Of a DNA stretch of 64,000 bases, positions 40,701 through 48,555 are shown piece after piece. The DNA is taken from contig JBAYHL010000003.1 in NCBI GenBank assembly GCA_041666185.1, positions 935 to 64,934 of the forward strand, given 5' to 3'. The notes under the pieces were generated by a model. The model had not been told where the DNA came from, ran no database searches, and saw only the letters and a program-made list of their open reading frames with translations. A program made the position numbers and the translations under genes. Positions within the stretch are counted from its first letter, which is position 1. Every line of letters starts with the position of its first letter. This stretch comes from Patescibacteria group bacterium (lineage in GTDB: Bacteria > Patescibacteriota > UBA1384 > UBA12157 > JAENIV01).

Positions 40701-43700
40701 TTGATACTAATAACTTAAATACATTTTTCCTTGGTGATTGGAATAATACTGGTGATGCGATTTATTCTAGAGGTAGTGGTATTTTAGATTTTGTTGGTAC
40801 TTCGATTATTACTAATACTTCAACTAATGCAGAAAGTTTGGCAGGTGTTATTATTATTGGGACTGCTACTCTTAACTCTAATCTGACAATTCAGTCAGTT
40901 ACTGGTTCAGGTACTTTAAATCTTGGTAGTGGTTCGTACACCCTTACGGTAACAAGCACTGGATCAGGTTTAGGCGTGACCAATTTCAACAAAGGTACTG
41001 GTTCAACAGTTGTTTTTACTGGTACTGGTGCCAGTGTTAACATTGCTACTTTTGCTTATAATAATTTAACTTTGTCACCGGCAACATCGGCAACTTACAG
41101 TTTAACTGGTAATCTTACGGGTGCCAATGCTATGAGCGGCAATCTTACTATTAATACTAACGCGACTTTAGACCTGCGGCCTTCAACAACCGATTATAGT
41201 CTGACGGCAGTTAATGTGACTGTTGGCGGAGTTTTGGATGCTGGCAGTTCGTCGTCTACTGTTACGGTTGGTGGTAACTGGGATGTTTCTACTGGTACTT
41301 TCACAAGGGGAACCAGCATAGTTGCTTTCACTGGGAGTTCGGCTTCTATAAATTGTGGTGCTGCTTATTGGAACAATCAGTTTTGGACAATCAACTTTCC
41401 TTCAGCCGGAACAACAACTACTACTTTAACGAATTCTATTTCGGTCAGAAATACTTCTTTAGGAAGTTCTACAAATACAATTACTAGTGCAACCAATTTA
41501 TCTATTGAGGTTTGGAACAGTGGTACACCGGTAACTAATAATAACGCTGTTTTAAGTAATGTTCAGCTAACATATAACGCAAGTGGGGCTACTAATGTGG
41601 CCGCCGGAAATTCTTTTGGTAATGTTAAGTTTTTTTCAGATACCAATAGTGTTACTTACACTTTGCAAGGTGACATTAACGCCGCTGTGGTTACTGTTTA
41701 TTCCAGTAACGACAACAGAACTGCGACACTTGATTTAGATGGCCACAACTTAACTCTTTCTAGTAGTCTTTCCGTTGGTTTAACTGGGAACACTATTAGA
41801 AATGGTGTTATCCAAAATACTAATGTAACAACTAAATCGACAATCACGTCAACCGACCTAACAATCTATAACGGTGCCGGTAATAACAAGATTTTAGCTA
41901 ATGGCACTCAAACTATTGACTTCAATGTTGCTGGCAACTGGACCAATTCTGACACATTTACTGCTGGTGCTTCGACAGTGACTTTCAATGGCACGACAAC
42001 CCAAACTATCACTGGCGCTAATACTTGGTACAACTTAACCATTGCTAACACCTACGTGACCCCAAGTGACACTTATGACGTTGACCCAACGGCGGCTCAA
42101 ACTGTTACTAACACTTTCAATGTTAACGACGGGCAATACAGCGCTTTCAATGGTGACAGCTACAATGATATTAATATTAATTATACCAGCAGCTCCGCTA
42201 AGGGTATTTTAAAACCAGACGCGGCGGCGAGCATCACTGTTTCTGGTAACTGGACATATATGTCTGGTGCTACTATTACTACTGGCACAAGTACATTCAC
42301 CTTTACTGGTAGTGGTAAGACTATTGGAGGAACTGGATCTTCATCTTTCTACAATTTTGTAATTAATCCAGGGGCATCTATTACAGGTAATGCAACCTCT
42401 TTATATGTGTACGGTCCAACATTTACAGTTAATGGCACATTTAACATTAATTCTGTATATTTTTATGGTGCTACCCTCACAGTTAATAGCACATTAACTG
42501 TTGGAGATGGAAAGATTTTTTATTGGTCATATCCAGACCTAACACTTTCTATTGGTGATGGTGGATTAATTCAAGGAGTAGATGTTAATGATTCTATATT
42601 TGAAATAAGCAATGATTCAACGCCTACTATTAATTTGGCTGGAACAGGAAATTTTGGTTCTAATCTTTATTTGCAGTTTTATCTTTATTCTGGCAGTCTT
42701 TCTATTCCTTCCTTGCATTACCAAGCCGGTAAGGTTGAGGTATATGGTTCTTTCGCGTTCGAAAGTTCTACTCACACTGTTGTACCGACAGCTGGGACAT
42801 TAGACATTGACGGAAATTTCAGTCTTAAAAGTGAGGTTTTCATTTCAGGTACTCCTGTTATTGACTTCAATAACTCCAATAATACGACTATTAATATTGG
42901 TGGAAATTTTTCCAGAACAGAGATAGGGGGTGCTGTTGCTAAATACACTAAAGGTACAACCGATACAGTTACTTTTGACGCTGCTTCTGACACAAAAACT
43001 TTTGATCCTGGTTCTACCTCAGTTTTCAACAATGTTACTCACTCTGGTGAAAGTACTTTGCAGCTTGTTAATACTAATCTAAACGTCGATGGCAACTTCA
43101 CTAATTCGGCTGGTACTTTTGATGCTAATGGTCGTGATATAACTGTTGCGGGATCGTGGAGCAACACGGCTACTTTTGACAAAGAAACGAGGACAGTCAC
43201 TTTCGATGGTGGTGCAACCGGAAAAACAATTAATGGTGGTGCCTCCGGATTTTATAATTTAACAATCAATGGAGCCGGTGGAGGATGGACTTTAGATACT
43301 AGTAACTTAACCACTGTTACAAACATTAGCATTAATTCCGGAACATTAAACACTGGCACTCTTTCTCTGGGAACAGCTTCCAGCACGGTTTTGAATGTTG
43401 ATGGAGGAAACTTAAATGGTGGAAGTAACACAATTAATGCTAAAACTTTTAATGTGTTAAGTGGTGCTTTTGTGTCTGGTAGCGGGCAAGTTAATTTAGG
43501 GACAAACTCGTCTTGGGGTTATTATGGACACACTAGCGGAACCGCTGATTGGACTACTAACAACACAACACTTTATATCTATTCAAATAGTGAGAGGACT
43601 TTACCTCCAGATACGTATCATCATCTTACCTTAGCAGCTGTTATAATTCCTTTTTCTGGTGATCCAATCTATAGTTTAACCGGGGCAACTGTGTTGGAAG

Positions 43701-46700
43701 GGAATCTAGAGATTTTAGGAGTTACTGGTCTTTCTTCGGCGCAACTTTCTGTTACCAGTAATGATTTAACTGTTTACGGTAATTTAACTATCGGTGATGT
43801 GGCCACTCTTTCGGCGACGACAGCTAATATTTTAGTTGGTGGTGACTGGACTAACTCCAATACGTTTACTCCTGGTACTTCGATAGTTGATTTTACTAAA
43901 TCGGTTGGTGCTCAGACATTGAACTCGGGTGGTACTGGGACAGGCAAAGCCTTTAACAACCTTACTCACTCAGGGGCTGGAACTCTTCAACTTTCAACTA
44001 ATGCAATTAATATTGATGGTAATTTTACAAACTCTAATGGGGTTTTCAATGCCAATGGTTTAAACGTTAATGTTGCTAAAGATTGGAATATTTCTGTCGG
44101 TTCTTTTTCTGCAGGAGCAACCCCAGGTGATCAAACAGTTACTTTTGATTCAACTAGCCCAACAGTAATTTCTGGTTCGACAGATTTCAATAACTTAACC
44201 ATGGATGCTTCGGTTGATGGAGCTAAAACTATTACCTTTGAAGCTGGTTTTGTCCAGACAATCGCTGATGGAAAGACTTGGGATCTAAATGGTGGCAGCG
44301 GTAAGGTTTTAACTCTTCGTAGTTCAATACCTGATACTGCTTGGGAATTTGTAATTCCAGCTGATATGACTTCAGGGGAGTATATTGATGTTAAAGACAG
44401 CCAAAATAATACCAATGAGTTTAGAATTACACCTGGAGCAAATTGTATTGACTCTGGTAATAACGTTCCTGGTTGGTTGTTGTTCCCAGATGCGCCGACA
44501 ATTGGCACTCCACAAGCAATTTCGACAACGGCTGTTCGTTGGACATTTACAGACACTTCTTACAACGAAATTGGTTTTAAAGTTTACGATGCAGGCGATA
44601 ATTTGAAGGCAACTTGCCCAGGCGTGGATTTGACTTATTGCGATGAGGTTGGACTTTCAACAAACACTCAGTACTCTGGTCGCTACGTTGTTTCTTACAA
44701 CATGGCTGGTCAATCATCGCATTCAGGTACAGCGGCTTCAACTTACACTTTAGCCGACACGCCTTTAGCGCCAACCCTTCAGCAGTCATCTAGTACCTCT
44801 CTTAAGGTGATCGTCAATGTTAATGGTAACCCTTCTCCAACTCAATTTGCTATTTCCAACGAAAGTTTGGGTAAATATGTCCAGGCCGATGGCAGTAATG
44901 GCGATACCGCCGTTTGGCAAGATTATGCTACTTGGGGTGGAGAAAATGGTATTACCAACACTGGTTTAGTTCATTCAACAAATTATACTTATAGAGTTAA
45001 AGCTAGAAATGGCGATAATATTGAAACGGCAGTTTCTCCGTCGAACTCAGAGACGACACTGTCCCAAGGTCATGGTGACAAGCCTCCTTCACCGACACTA
45101 TCATCAACAGAGTCGCCAACAACATCTCCGGGCGCAACTCCTTCAGGTGGGGTAACAACGTCTCCAGGCGCAAGCCCTGTGCCAACTTCTTCGTCGGCCG
45201 ATGTTCAAGCGCCAACCGTGCCATCGAATTTACGAGCAACTAAGCTAGGAGCGATTACCTTAACTTTAGCTTGGGATAGTTCTTCAGATGACATTAGTGT
45301 TCAAGGGTACGAAATTTATAATCCTACTACCAATATTTTAGTTGGCACAACAGCAAATAACTTCTTTGATTTTTCAGGGCTTTTACCTAACACAACTTAC
45401 AAGTTTTACGTTCGGGCTTTTGATGGCGCTAACCATTACAGTCCAAACTCGGAAGTTTTAACGATTACTACCTTGGAAAGTCGTACAGAAGAGGAAAAGG
45501 CGATTGAAAAGCAGGGTGGGGTAGTTGCCTTCTTGATTATGGGTAATATGCCGCAATCAAGAAATGCCGGACAAAGTTTCCCAGCAGTTAAACTAACAGC
45601 CGCTGATGTTGGTGGTAATGTAGTTAAAGGCTACGATAAATCAGTTTATTTTACCTCTAGCGATACTCAAGCCAAGCTAACTTATGATGAATCTCATCCT
45701 TATACATTCCAAAGCTCCGATAATGGTGTTCATACATTTGCCCCTCGTGATTTTATTCTCAACACTCCTGGTCGTCAGCAAATTGCCGTAAGTGATAATT
45801 CAACAAAATCAACGGCTGAAATTCAAGTGAATTCGACAACTTCGGCGGTTTTACAGCGATCAGCTATTTATGTTGCAGGATTCTTAAATAGTCCTGAACA
45901 GGTTTCTAAGGCAAATCTAGTAGTGGCAGTTTTGATTGCCGGCGCTTTGCTTATGCCAACACTGGTTAATGCTTTTTCTAACGTAAATAATTTATGGCCA
46001 CAGCTTATTTATGGGTTTACTTATCTTTCGCAAATGCTTGGCCTTTCTAAGAGGCGACGTAAAACTTGGGGAGTGATTTTTAACTCTCAAACTGGTCAAC
46101 CAATACCATTTTCAATAGTAAAACTTCTTGATAAGAATAATCATTTAGTAGAGCTTGCTATTTCTGACAAGCAAGGAAGATACACTTTTGCTATGAAAGA
46201 GGGTACTTTTACCTTGAAAGTAAGTCGGGCTGATTTTGTTTTTCCTTCAAGTGAAAAGGCATCTAGTTTTTACGAGAAAGTTTACACTGGTTCAGAAATT
46301 AAAATTGCCGATGTAAATCAAAGCATTTTCTTTAACATACCTCTTGATCCACACGCCAAATCAACGTTTGGCTTAGGTTTGTGGATCTTTGTCATCAGAT
46401 TAAATCATTTTACTCAACAGATTCGTTTACCGCTTTTTGCTTTAGGAATGATTTTTGCGATTATGATGTTGGTGATTAATTTTAATCCGGTTTATATTAT
46501 CTTCTTAGCATTTTGTGCCCTGATGATTGTTCTTGATGTTACGCGCTTTGGGAGGGTTGTCGCCGCAGGTATGGTCTCTGACACCTACTCACGTCCTTTA
46601 CCTAAAGCGATTGTTCGTATTTACCATAAAGAAGATAACCGATTGATTAGCACGGATATTTCTAATAAATCTGGTCGGTTTAAGTTTAAAGTAAATCCTG

Positions 46701-46831
46701 GAGTTTACTATCTTGTGGCGACAAGACCACAATATGTTGATTTTAAAACTCACCTTATGTATCTTGAAAAAGATCAGAAGAAGGGGATTGCCACATCGAT
46801 TAATATTGAGCTTAGAAAAGAAACAAAGTAG
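28775..46831 (+). CDS. Giant (6018 aa) repetitive surface protein/adhesin: beta-solenoid-like T/G/N/S-rich repeats, FN3 domains, C-terminal TM + tandem beta-sandwich module
   Basis: 18 kb uninterrupted ORF with AGGAGG RBS. Repeated NLTHSGAGTLQL and GNWxxxxxFTAGTSTVTF units; FN3-like APTVPSNL..LAWDSSSDD..GLLPNTTYKFYVRAFD; C-terminal TMs. Confidence 0.9.
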   Translation: MNQDEVNEAKSLDAEISKITKSTRATVPAMTPLHDILRQKYPWYYRWHLNPLSKVVHTLVLGLWIVLVTGTVVYSNVYQAPTAKAAADFTCTWDGTTGNWSDTAKWGGCNSEYPGQTGTTTYDVSIPSGSVTLDVASVDITAAGTTAGDISVVGTLNTNGNALTLHSMLVDTGGTLVAGISTFTVKSNWNHSAGTFIHNTSTIAMTGATGSITTGTDLKYVYNLTTTTAGQTITFANRTGIKGVLTVGNASSAVTLNGNQLIDLYDNTTPLSLTGLYSITSVQMTFRATSPLSIPAATYGVVYIFLNATNTISLSGTTTFSALDIYSAVDSATSTLDTAGYTVNTVNLSIGSASGTSHCGKFIANNSTVNVSGNVLIRACGAGTAELDAGSSTINVGGDYTNNSTFTASTSTINFNKTSGTQTLTSGGTGTGKLFNNLTHSGAGILRLATNDIDVNGTFTNSAGTFDADTNDKSMNFAGAWNNTGSATFSRGSGMLYFDGATTLTDSSSNAGDLGVVYITPTCVLTLGSNAKMTSVTSVVFLGNLNMGSGNTLTLTGTGTPMSWFDTTTFQKGTNSTVTYTGTTTATNVATVAYNNLTLTPTAATTYSLAGNLTGASAMSGNLTINANATLNTTTSNYGISTINLTINGTLSANASAITLSGSWNSTTGHYNRTSGSSGSHVTMTGTTGTASINFNPADFWTSTTSFNYLEINAPGNTVTLSSDITFWYDCQLNLQSGTINGSRYITFAYPNNSSPYINTAASFGASLPTVSYIIGTSNPASPTIVSSEIYPNLTITTGSACPAGTECYAKLSSGISANNLIVSGQTGKKATLNADIHDISVGNALIMGTAGGYYGELDINSSLTVNNYVSIVNSGVAFSNKLVAGTGTSISVANDFMNYDTFEAGTSTITFNGSTTNRGITTNGDAFYNLTIDGAGGGWIAQSAVNVTHDFNITNGTFDLKSGSNYALNVGNDFIGNNGTWTFEMRASTITVSGNWNTSAKAWDSTNNNALKTGTSTVVMNGTGTKTITTGVTNAWESRFYNLTVGQSGNTTSLAQAVGTDGVLTVGTGTFSIATDKTIYLKKPTGDVLSLDPAAVLVGVGTGHLSLHSNGTSGTLNLPAHTYDMSIWLSGGGFTVAQTGDVIINGNLMVNGDQQASRVANYNTGNHSLTISGNLQVGYNTTTYDANKTFTAGSSTVTVGGNMTQYGILTAGSSTFDFNSASSRTLDSGGTGANQTFNNLTHSGNNTLQLVTNSININGNLTNSAGEFDANGLNVDVAGNWDVAGGGFYAGATPGTQTVTLDGAGGSTQAISGSTTFNNLTATTATARTLQFAAASTTVVEGVLTMDGAAGQLLSLRSSSSGSWWYFGTLNPAETSYLDIQDSDASLGATNTANTSNDSGNNQNWVFGGGVTYISGTVYTNENKSTNVGAGITVAISVNGGAKNTITTTAGGVFSFNSVGVAANNTLTIFTDDVTYKSNLVTQVLNTVDDITGLEMYTGDISLRHETAGPLTNTLLATADNLADPNMFFSVDGSNNATFSKKLWVESGYNYTPGGNVTVNDSTEIRSLATLNLGSSGYILTLGGTSATPLVVSGTLSTGSSSTVKYTAVNAGSNVSVVATPYNNLQFSPASAESYDLAGNLTVANAMTGSLTVDANATLNTYVGTTSYNISCVNGTVNASGTLYAGANGSTGTSTFTASGNWDTSNGTFTYGTSTVVLTGTANLGAGSSASHSLYNLTMTTPGQIVTLSSIATKVYGTFTVGSTSGAKVTLQRGGGNAWFYLYNNTTPLVFNGTYNGSPGYNIDDLNTVYNPTLDTSFVGGHFGNLYFTCNNKTITLANAVTATGNLFIYSSNSTYRSTVDTASNAVTAGTLNLGQASYTSNYATLLANASTITAANVVIRTGALANNILNAGSATINVSTNWTNADTFTAGTSTVNFNGTTTQTITGANTWYNLTIANTAGTPSDTYDVDPTAAQTVTNTFNINDGQWSGFNGDTYNNININYTNGTVNGIFKPDAGANINISSNWTQALNSVFTYGTSTITFTGSGKTIGGTASYSIFYNITINPGASVTNNLPYVYNFGPNFTANGTFTVGDGKYVGLYYVGGSTVSIGDGGLIQGIDVADSIFNVEDLAPTVNLTGTGNFGSNLYLRFMFVDSNGTLPSLNYKAGKVEAYGLYFTSGTYTITPTAGTLDIDGDFSIMGEEYDQMTSTIDFNNSNNTTINIGGSFSRTDAFGVPEIKYTKGTTDTVTFDAAAGTKTFDPGTTSVFNNLTHSGAGTLQLANTALNIDGNFSNSESAGEFDANGLNINAAGNWDVAGGGFYAGATPGTQTVTLDGAGGSTQAISGSTTFNNLTATAATARTLQFEGGQLNMVSGTLTMNGAAGQLLSLRSSSPGTTWYFATSGTPTTSYLDVKDSDATLGATISASNSLNSGNNYNWSFGGGVNYMSGTVYTNENKSTNVGVGVTVAVSVNGTAKQTTTTTAGGVFSFNSVGVAANETLTFFTDDVTYKSNLVTQVLNTVDDITGLEMYTGDISLRHETAGPITNTLLATADNLADPNMFFSVDGSNNATFSKKLWLESGYTYTPGGNATVNDNTEVRSTATLNLGSSGYILTLGGTSATPLVVSGTLSTGSSSTVKYTAVNAGGNVNVTTVPYNNLQFTPASAESYDLTGNLTVANAMTGSLTIDTNATFSTTASNYNVAGINATIVGTLTPNASTITLSGNWDSSTGTVNMTGNTSTVEITGNSSINGKSWVNTFYNLKTAYTDKNVSWTNNSAIINQLTLMGTNPSTSHITGVASQYGPNLNVSGSNLVVSNGANMVNLTILYTGSGATTITPGTFYSILAVAPSSSTQTLGGDVTCDYVRVFGSSGQTATLDLNGYTLNSVSSTGFNQIGWDGDNTRYGKIINSSQTTDATINANGGGSGGIKISTSNTGGKNILDASGVGPANHTINVNMAGNWTNNDQFIYSNSTVKFTGTGAIDNTASWGDNNKRMHSLIIEAGAGTVTLTNGAYLMGTGTLTLNSGILTGNKNIYVNAFNGSYVNNGISNFGASKPVITMMVSSTNPASPDIISGASATYPYPYLETRGGISSATVYGKMGGNITSSSFTIAPWQTNDTLEVDTDNYSITVNGWMFVGANWATSHASILNARHSTITVTGEVGIYSHDTNPTPSELRFDDTGGSLSVMGNFNFDTAGGSVRGIFTPGHSTVTFNGANTQAIIGANTWYNLTIANTAGSPSDTYDVDPTAAQTVTNTFNINDGQYSAFNGDSYNDININYTSSTVKGIFKPDAAASVTVSGNWSLATSATFTYGTSTIIFTGSGKTIGGTSLSWSLYSLVINPGASITSNTAYIYVYGTTFTVNGTFSVNNISVYAPTVTVNSTLTVGDAKMLYWSNSNQTLNIGDGGLIQGVDVADSVFRIIGDATPTINLTGTGNFGSSLYLQFMIYYGDLALPSLNYQAGKVEVFGSFAFESIVHNIVPTAGNLDIDWDLSIKCELIFGTGTPTMNLYNSNNTPINIGGSFTRAEIGAVGAIAKYTKGTTDTVTFDAASGTKTFDPGSLSTFNNVTHSGAGTLQLANTALNADGNLTNSAGTFDANGLNINVAGNFDISGGSFSAGTVPGTQTVTLDGAGGSTQAISGSTTFNNLTASATAARTLQFAASSTTAVSGTLTMNGATSQLISLRSSSSGTAWNLNATNAPTLTYVDAQDSNASGGALITANNSNDSGNNTNWTFGGGVTYISGTVYTNENKSTNVGAGITVAISVDGEAKQTTTTTTGGVFAFNSVGVAANNTLTLFTDDVTYKGNLITQVLNTTNDITGLEMYTEDIVIRHETVGPMTNTLLATAATLADPNMFFSVSGGNATFTKKLWLESGFNYTSGGQASVTDLETRGTSTFAPQANSVFASGNWTISATGILTTSGTIDFTKLSGTQTLNSGGTDSNHQLYGLTHSGAGTLQLTSNAIVENNTFTNSDGTFDTNNLNTFFLGDWNNTGDAIYSRGSGILDFVGTSIITNTSTNAESLAGVIIIGTATLNSNLTIQSVTGSGTLNLGSGSYTLTVTSTGSGLGVTNFNKGTGSTVVFTGTGASVNIATFAYNNLTLSPATSATYSLTGNLTGANAMSGNLTINTNATLDLRPSTTDYSLTAVNVTVGGVLDAGSSSSTVTVGGNWDVSTGTFTRGTSIVAFTGSSASINCGAAYWNNQFWTINFPSAGTTTTTLTNSISVRNTSLGSSTNTITSATNLSIEVWNSGTPVTNNNAVLSNVQLTYNASGATNVAAGNSFGNVKFFSDTNSVTYTLQGDINAAVVTVYSSNDNRTATLDLDGHNLTLSSSLSVGLTGNTIRNGVIQNTNVTTKSTITSTDLTIYNGAGNNKILANGTQTIDFNVAGNWTNSDTFTAGASTVTFNGTTTQTITGANTWYNLTIANTYVTPSDTYDVDPTAAQTVTNTFNVNDGQYSAFNGDSYNDININYTSSSAKGILKPDAAASITVSGNWTYMSGATITTGTSTFTFTGSGKTIGGTGSSSFYNFVINPGASITGNATSLYVYGPTFTVNGTFNINSVYFYGATLTVNSTLTVGDGKIFYWSYPDLTLSIGDGGLIQGVDVNDSIFEISNDSTPTINLAGTGNFGSNLYLQFYLYSGSLSIPSLHYQAGKVEVYGSFAFESSTHTVVPTAGTLDIDGNFSLKSEVFISGTPVIDFNNSNNTTINIGGNFSRTEIGGAVAKYTKGTTDTVTFDAASDTKTFDPGSTSVFNNVTHSGESTLQLVNTNLNVDGNFTNSAGTFDANGRDITVAGSWSNTATFDKETRTVTFDGGATGKTINGGASGFYNLTINGAGGGWTLDTSNLTTVTNISINSGTLNTGTLSLGTASSTVLNVDGGNLNGGSNTINAKTFNVLSGAFVSGSGQVNLGTNSSWGYYGHTSGTADWTTNNTTLYIYSNSERTLPPDTYHHLTLAAVIIPFSGDPIYSLTGATVLEGNLEILGVTGLSSAQLSVTSNDLTVYGNLTIGDVATLSATTANILVGGDWTNSNTFTPGTSIVDFTKSVGAQTLNSGGTGTGKAFNNLTHSGAGTLQLSTNAINIDGNFTNSNGVFNANGLNVNVAKDWNISVGSFSAGATPGDQTVTFDSTSPTVISGSTDFNNLTMDASVDGAKTITFEAGFVQTIADGKTWDLNGGSGKVLTLRSSIPDTAWEFVIPADMTSGEYIDVKDSQNNTNEFRITPGANCIDSGNNVPGWLLFPDAPTIGTPQAISTTAVRWTFTDTSYNEIGFKVYDAGDNLKATCPGVDLTYCDEVGLSTNTQYSGRYVVSYNMAGQSSHSGTAASTYTLADTPLAPTLQQSSSTSLKVIVNVNGNPSPTQFAISNESLGKYVQADGSNGDTAVWQDYATWGGENGITNTGLVHSTNYTYRVKARNGDNIETAVSPSNSETTLSQGHGDKPPSPTLSSTESPTTSPGATPSGGVTTSPGASPVPTSSSADVQAPTVPSNLRATKLGAITLTLAWDSSSDDISVQGYEIYNPTTNILVGTTANNFFDFSGLLPNTTYKFYVRAFDGANHYSPNSEVLTITTLESRTEEEKAIEKQGGVVAFLIMGNMPQSRNAGQSFPAVKLTAADVGGNVVKGYDKSVYFTSSDTQAKLTYDESHPYTFQSSDNGVHTFAPRDFILNTPGRQQIAVSDNSTKSTAEIQVNSTTSAVLQRSAIYVAGFLNSPEQVSKANLVVAVLIAGALLMPTLVNAFSNVNNLWPQLIYGFTYLSQMLGLSKRRRKTWGVIFNSQTGQPIPFSIVKLLDKNNHLVELAISDKQGRYTFAMKEGTFTLKVSRADFVFPSSEKASSFYEKVYTGSEIKIADVNQSIFFNIPLDPHAKSTFGLGLWIFVIRLNHFTQQIRLPLFALGMIFAIMMLVINFNPVYIIFLAFCALMIVLDVTRFGRVVAAGMVSDTYSRPLPKAIVRIYHKEDNRLISTDISNKSGRFKFKVNPGVYYLVATRPQYVDFKTHLMYLEKDQKKGIATSINIELRKETK

Positions 46832-46855
46832 GGGGTACAAACAATCGCGGGTAAC

Positions 46856-46892
46856 AAAAAAGACTCCTGGAGGGGCTCTAGGAGTCTTTTTT
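46856..46892. terminator. Bidirectional intrinsic terminator
   Basis: aaaaaagactcctggag-ggg-ctctaggagtctttttt. Confidence 0.9.
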
Positions 46893-46952
46893 GAACCTGT
46901 CTTTATCATATTCGTGATAGCAAGACAGGTTCAACTCAAATTAAATCTTCTG

Positions 46953-48437
46953 TTAATAATGAATGTAGACCGGTGTACCAACGTCATCCCAGTTAAAGAT
47001 CCATTCAGCGTCAGAAGTGGCCATATTAACACAACCATGAGACATTGGGTGACCAAAATTACTGTGCCAATAGGTACCATGAATAGAATAATCACCAGAA
47101 AACCAACTAATGTAAGGAACACCTGGTAGATAGTAGTCAGGTCCATCCATTAAAGCTGCACGATCTTTACCATAAACACTAAATTCGCCTGTAGGAGTCG
47201 CGTAACCGCTTTTACCAGTCGAGACTAAGAACTGGTTAACCAAAGTGCTGCCTTCGAAAGCGTATAAAGTTTGTTCAGAAAGATTAATATCAATATATTT
47301 ACTACCATAACGACCTGGTTGAGCGTGAGGATATATAGTTTTTTGTCCTCGTGGAATAGTAGAAGTGACCATTGCAAAACTGCTACTTTGTGAGCGAGCT
47401 AAAGCGTCTCTGATTTGAGCTGTTAAGGTGTCAGTATCGACTCCACGGCCATCTTGGCCCTCGGAAATAACATTGCCAGTACCATCTTCAACTTCACGAT
47501 CAGTGGCAGGAACTTCAACTTGCTCGGCTACCCAATTAACAAAAGCATTTGGTGAAATGGAAGTAGCAAGTTTATCACCATCTTCATTAAATTTAATCCA
47601 AGAGCTGATTTCTCTGCTTCCTGCTGACCAAGAAGAGGTGTCAAAAGTCACGGTAATAGGCGCAGCCGTGAGATATTTTTCTGCTTGAGATTTGGCTTCA
47701 GTAGTGCCCTCGTCGTTTATAGCTGGTTCTAAATCGGAAGTTTGCATAACAATAGATCCTGAAATATTACCAGAATTAATAAGGGCAGTTAAATCATTCT
47801 TTAATTGATCCTTATTTAACCCGCGGCCTTTTTCAGAAGGAGTAAGGTTAACTTGACCATTTTCAATTGAAAGAGTTGCATTTTTTGGTTCTTTTTCGAC
47901 AACAGAAGATAATTGTGATAAATACTCATTAAACTTTACTTCATCAATTTGAGGTTTAATCTCTAAAACAAAACCACTAATTGCTAATTGATAATTTTCT
48001 TGTAATTTTTCTTTAAGACTCTCTCCACGGCCATAATTAAAAGCTTGGTCTAAAATTTTATCTGTATCAAAAGTAATTCCCATCTCAGAAAGGGTAGGTT
48101 TTACGGTCTGATCGTTATAAGTGATTTCTGGACCATTATTTTCTAAAATTTTAATTTTTTCTTCAACTTGGGTTTTAGCTTGTTCGTGAGTTAGGCCGCC
48201 AACTTTAATGCCGGCAACCATTACCTTAGGGTAAATTTTATCAGCGTAAGCACGATTAAAATACCAAACACCGCTGATTAGAGTAGTAATTACCAAAAAA
48301 CTTATACCAATTTTAATATAAGTTTGTTTAGAAATTACCAAAGATTTCTTTTTGGTTGTAGCTTTTGATTGTTTAGTTTTTGTTTTACCACTAGGCAAAA
48401 TGTTTAATTTTGTCGCGGTAGTTGTTAAGTTGTTCAT
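46953..48437 (-). CDS. L,D-transpeptidase (YkuD) with N-terminal TM and putative peptidoglycan-binding domains
   Basis: YIDINLSEQTL..VSTGKSGYATPTG..SIHGTYWH..SHGCVNM (HxxC catalytic motif). Confidence 0.92.
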   Translation of the reverse strand: MNNLTTTATKLNILPSGKTKTKQSKATTKKKSLVISKQTYIKIGISFLVITTLISGVWYFNRAYADKIYPKVMVAGIKVGGLTHEQAKTQVEEKIKILENNGPEITYNDQTVKPTLSEMGITFDTDKILDQAFNYGRGESLKEKLQENYQLAISGFVLEIKPQIDEVKFNEYLSQLSSVVEKEPKNATLSIENGQVNLTPSEKGRGLNKDQLKNDLTALINSGNISGSIVMQTSDLEPAINDEGTTEAKSQAEKYLTAAPITVTFDTSSWSAGSREISSWIKFNEDGDKLATSISPNAFVNWVAEQVEVPATDREVEDGTGNVISEGQDGRGVDTDTLTAQIRDALARSQSSSFAMVTSTIPRGQKTIYPHAQPGRYGSKYIDINLSEQTLYAFEGSTLVNQFLVSTGKSGYATPTGEFSVYGKDRAALMDGPDYYLPGVPYISWFSGDYSIHGTYWHSNFGHPMSHGCVNMATSDAEWIFNWDDVGTPVYIHY

Positions 48438-48539
48438 TGCCCCTCCACTCCGTGTTTTGTGTTCCTTTTTATTTTTTGTTTTAAGGTATCTGTTTTTATG
48501 ACATTAAGACAGTATATCAAAAAAATCGTCTTCTGTCAA
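48438..48539 (-). promoter_or_regulatory. Promoter + conserved leader (copy A)
   Basis: TTGACA-17-TATACT gtcttaatgtcataaaaacagataccttaaaacaaaaaataaaaagg...ggagtggaggggcaATG. Confidence 0.8.
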
Positions 48540-48555
48540 GATGGAAGACGAAAAT

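Noticed and set aside
29883-45239. Numerous 60-140 aa alternative-frame and antisense ORFs inside the giant gene and other long genes
   Set aside because: Expected shadows of biased codon usage, with no RBS or domain evidence.
28775-46831. Repeats in the giant gene as a CRISPR array or DGR template/variable repeats
   Set aside because: The repeats are in-frame protein modules with mostly synonymous differences. There is no repeat-spacer periodicity, no adenine-specific mismatch pattern and no cas or reverse transcriptase gene in the window.
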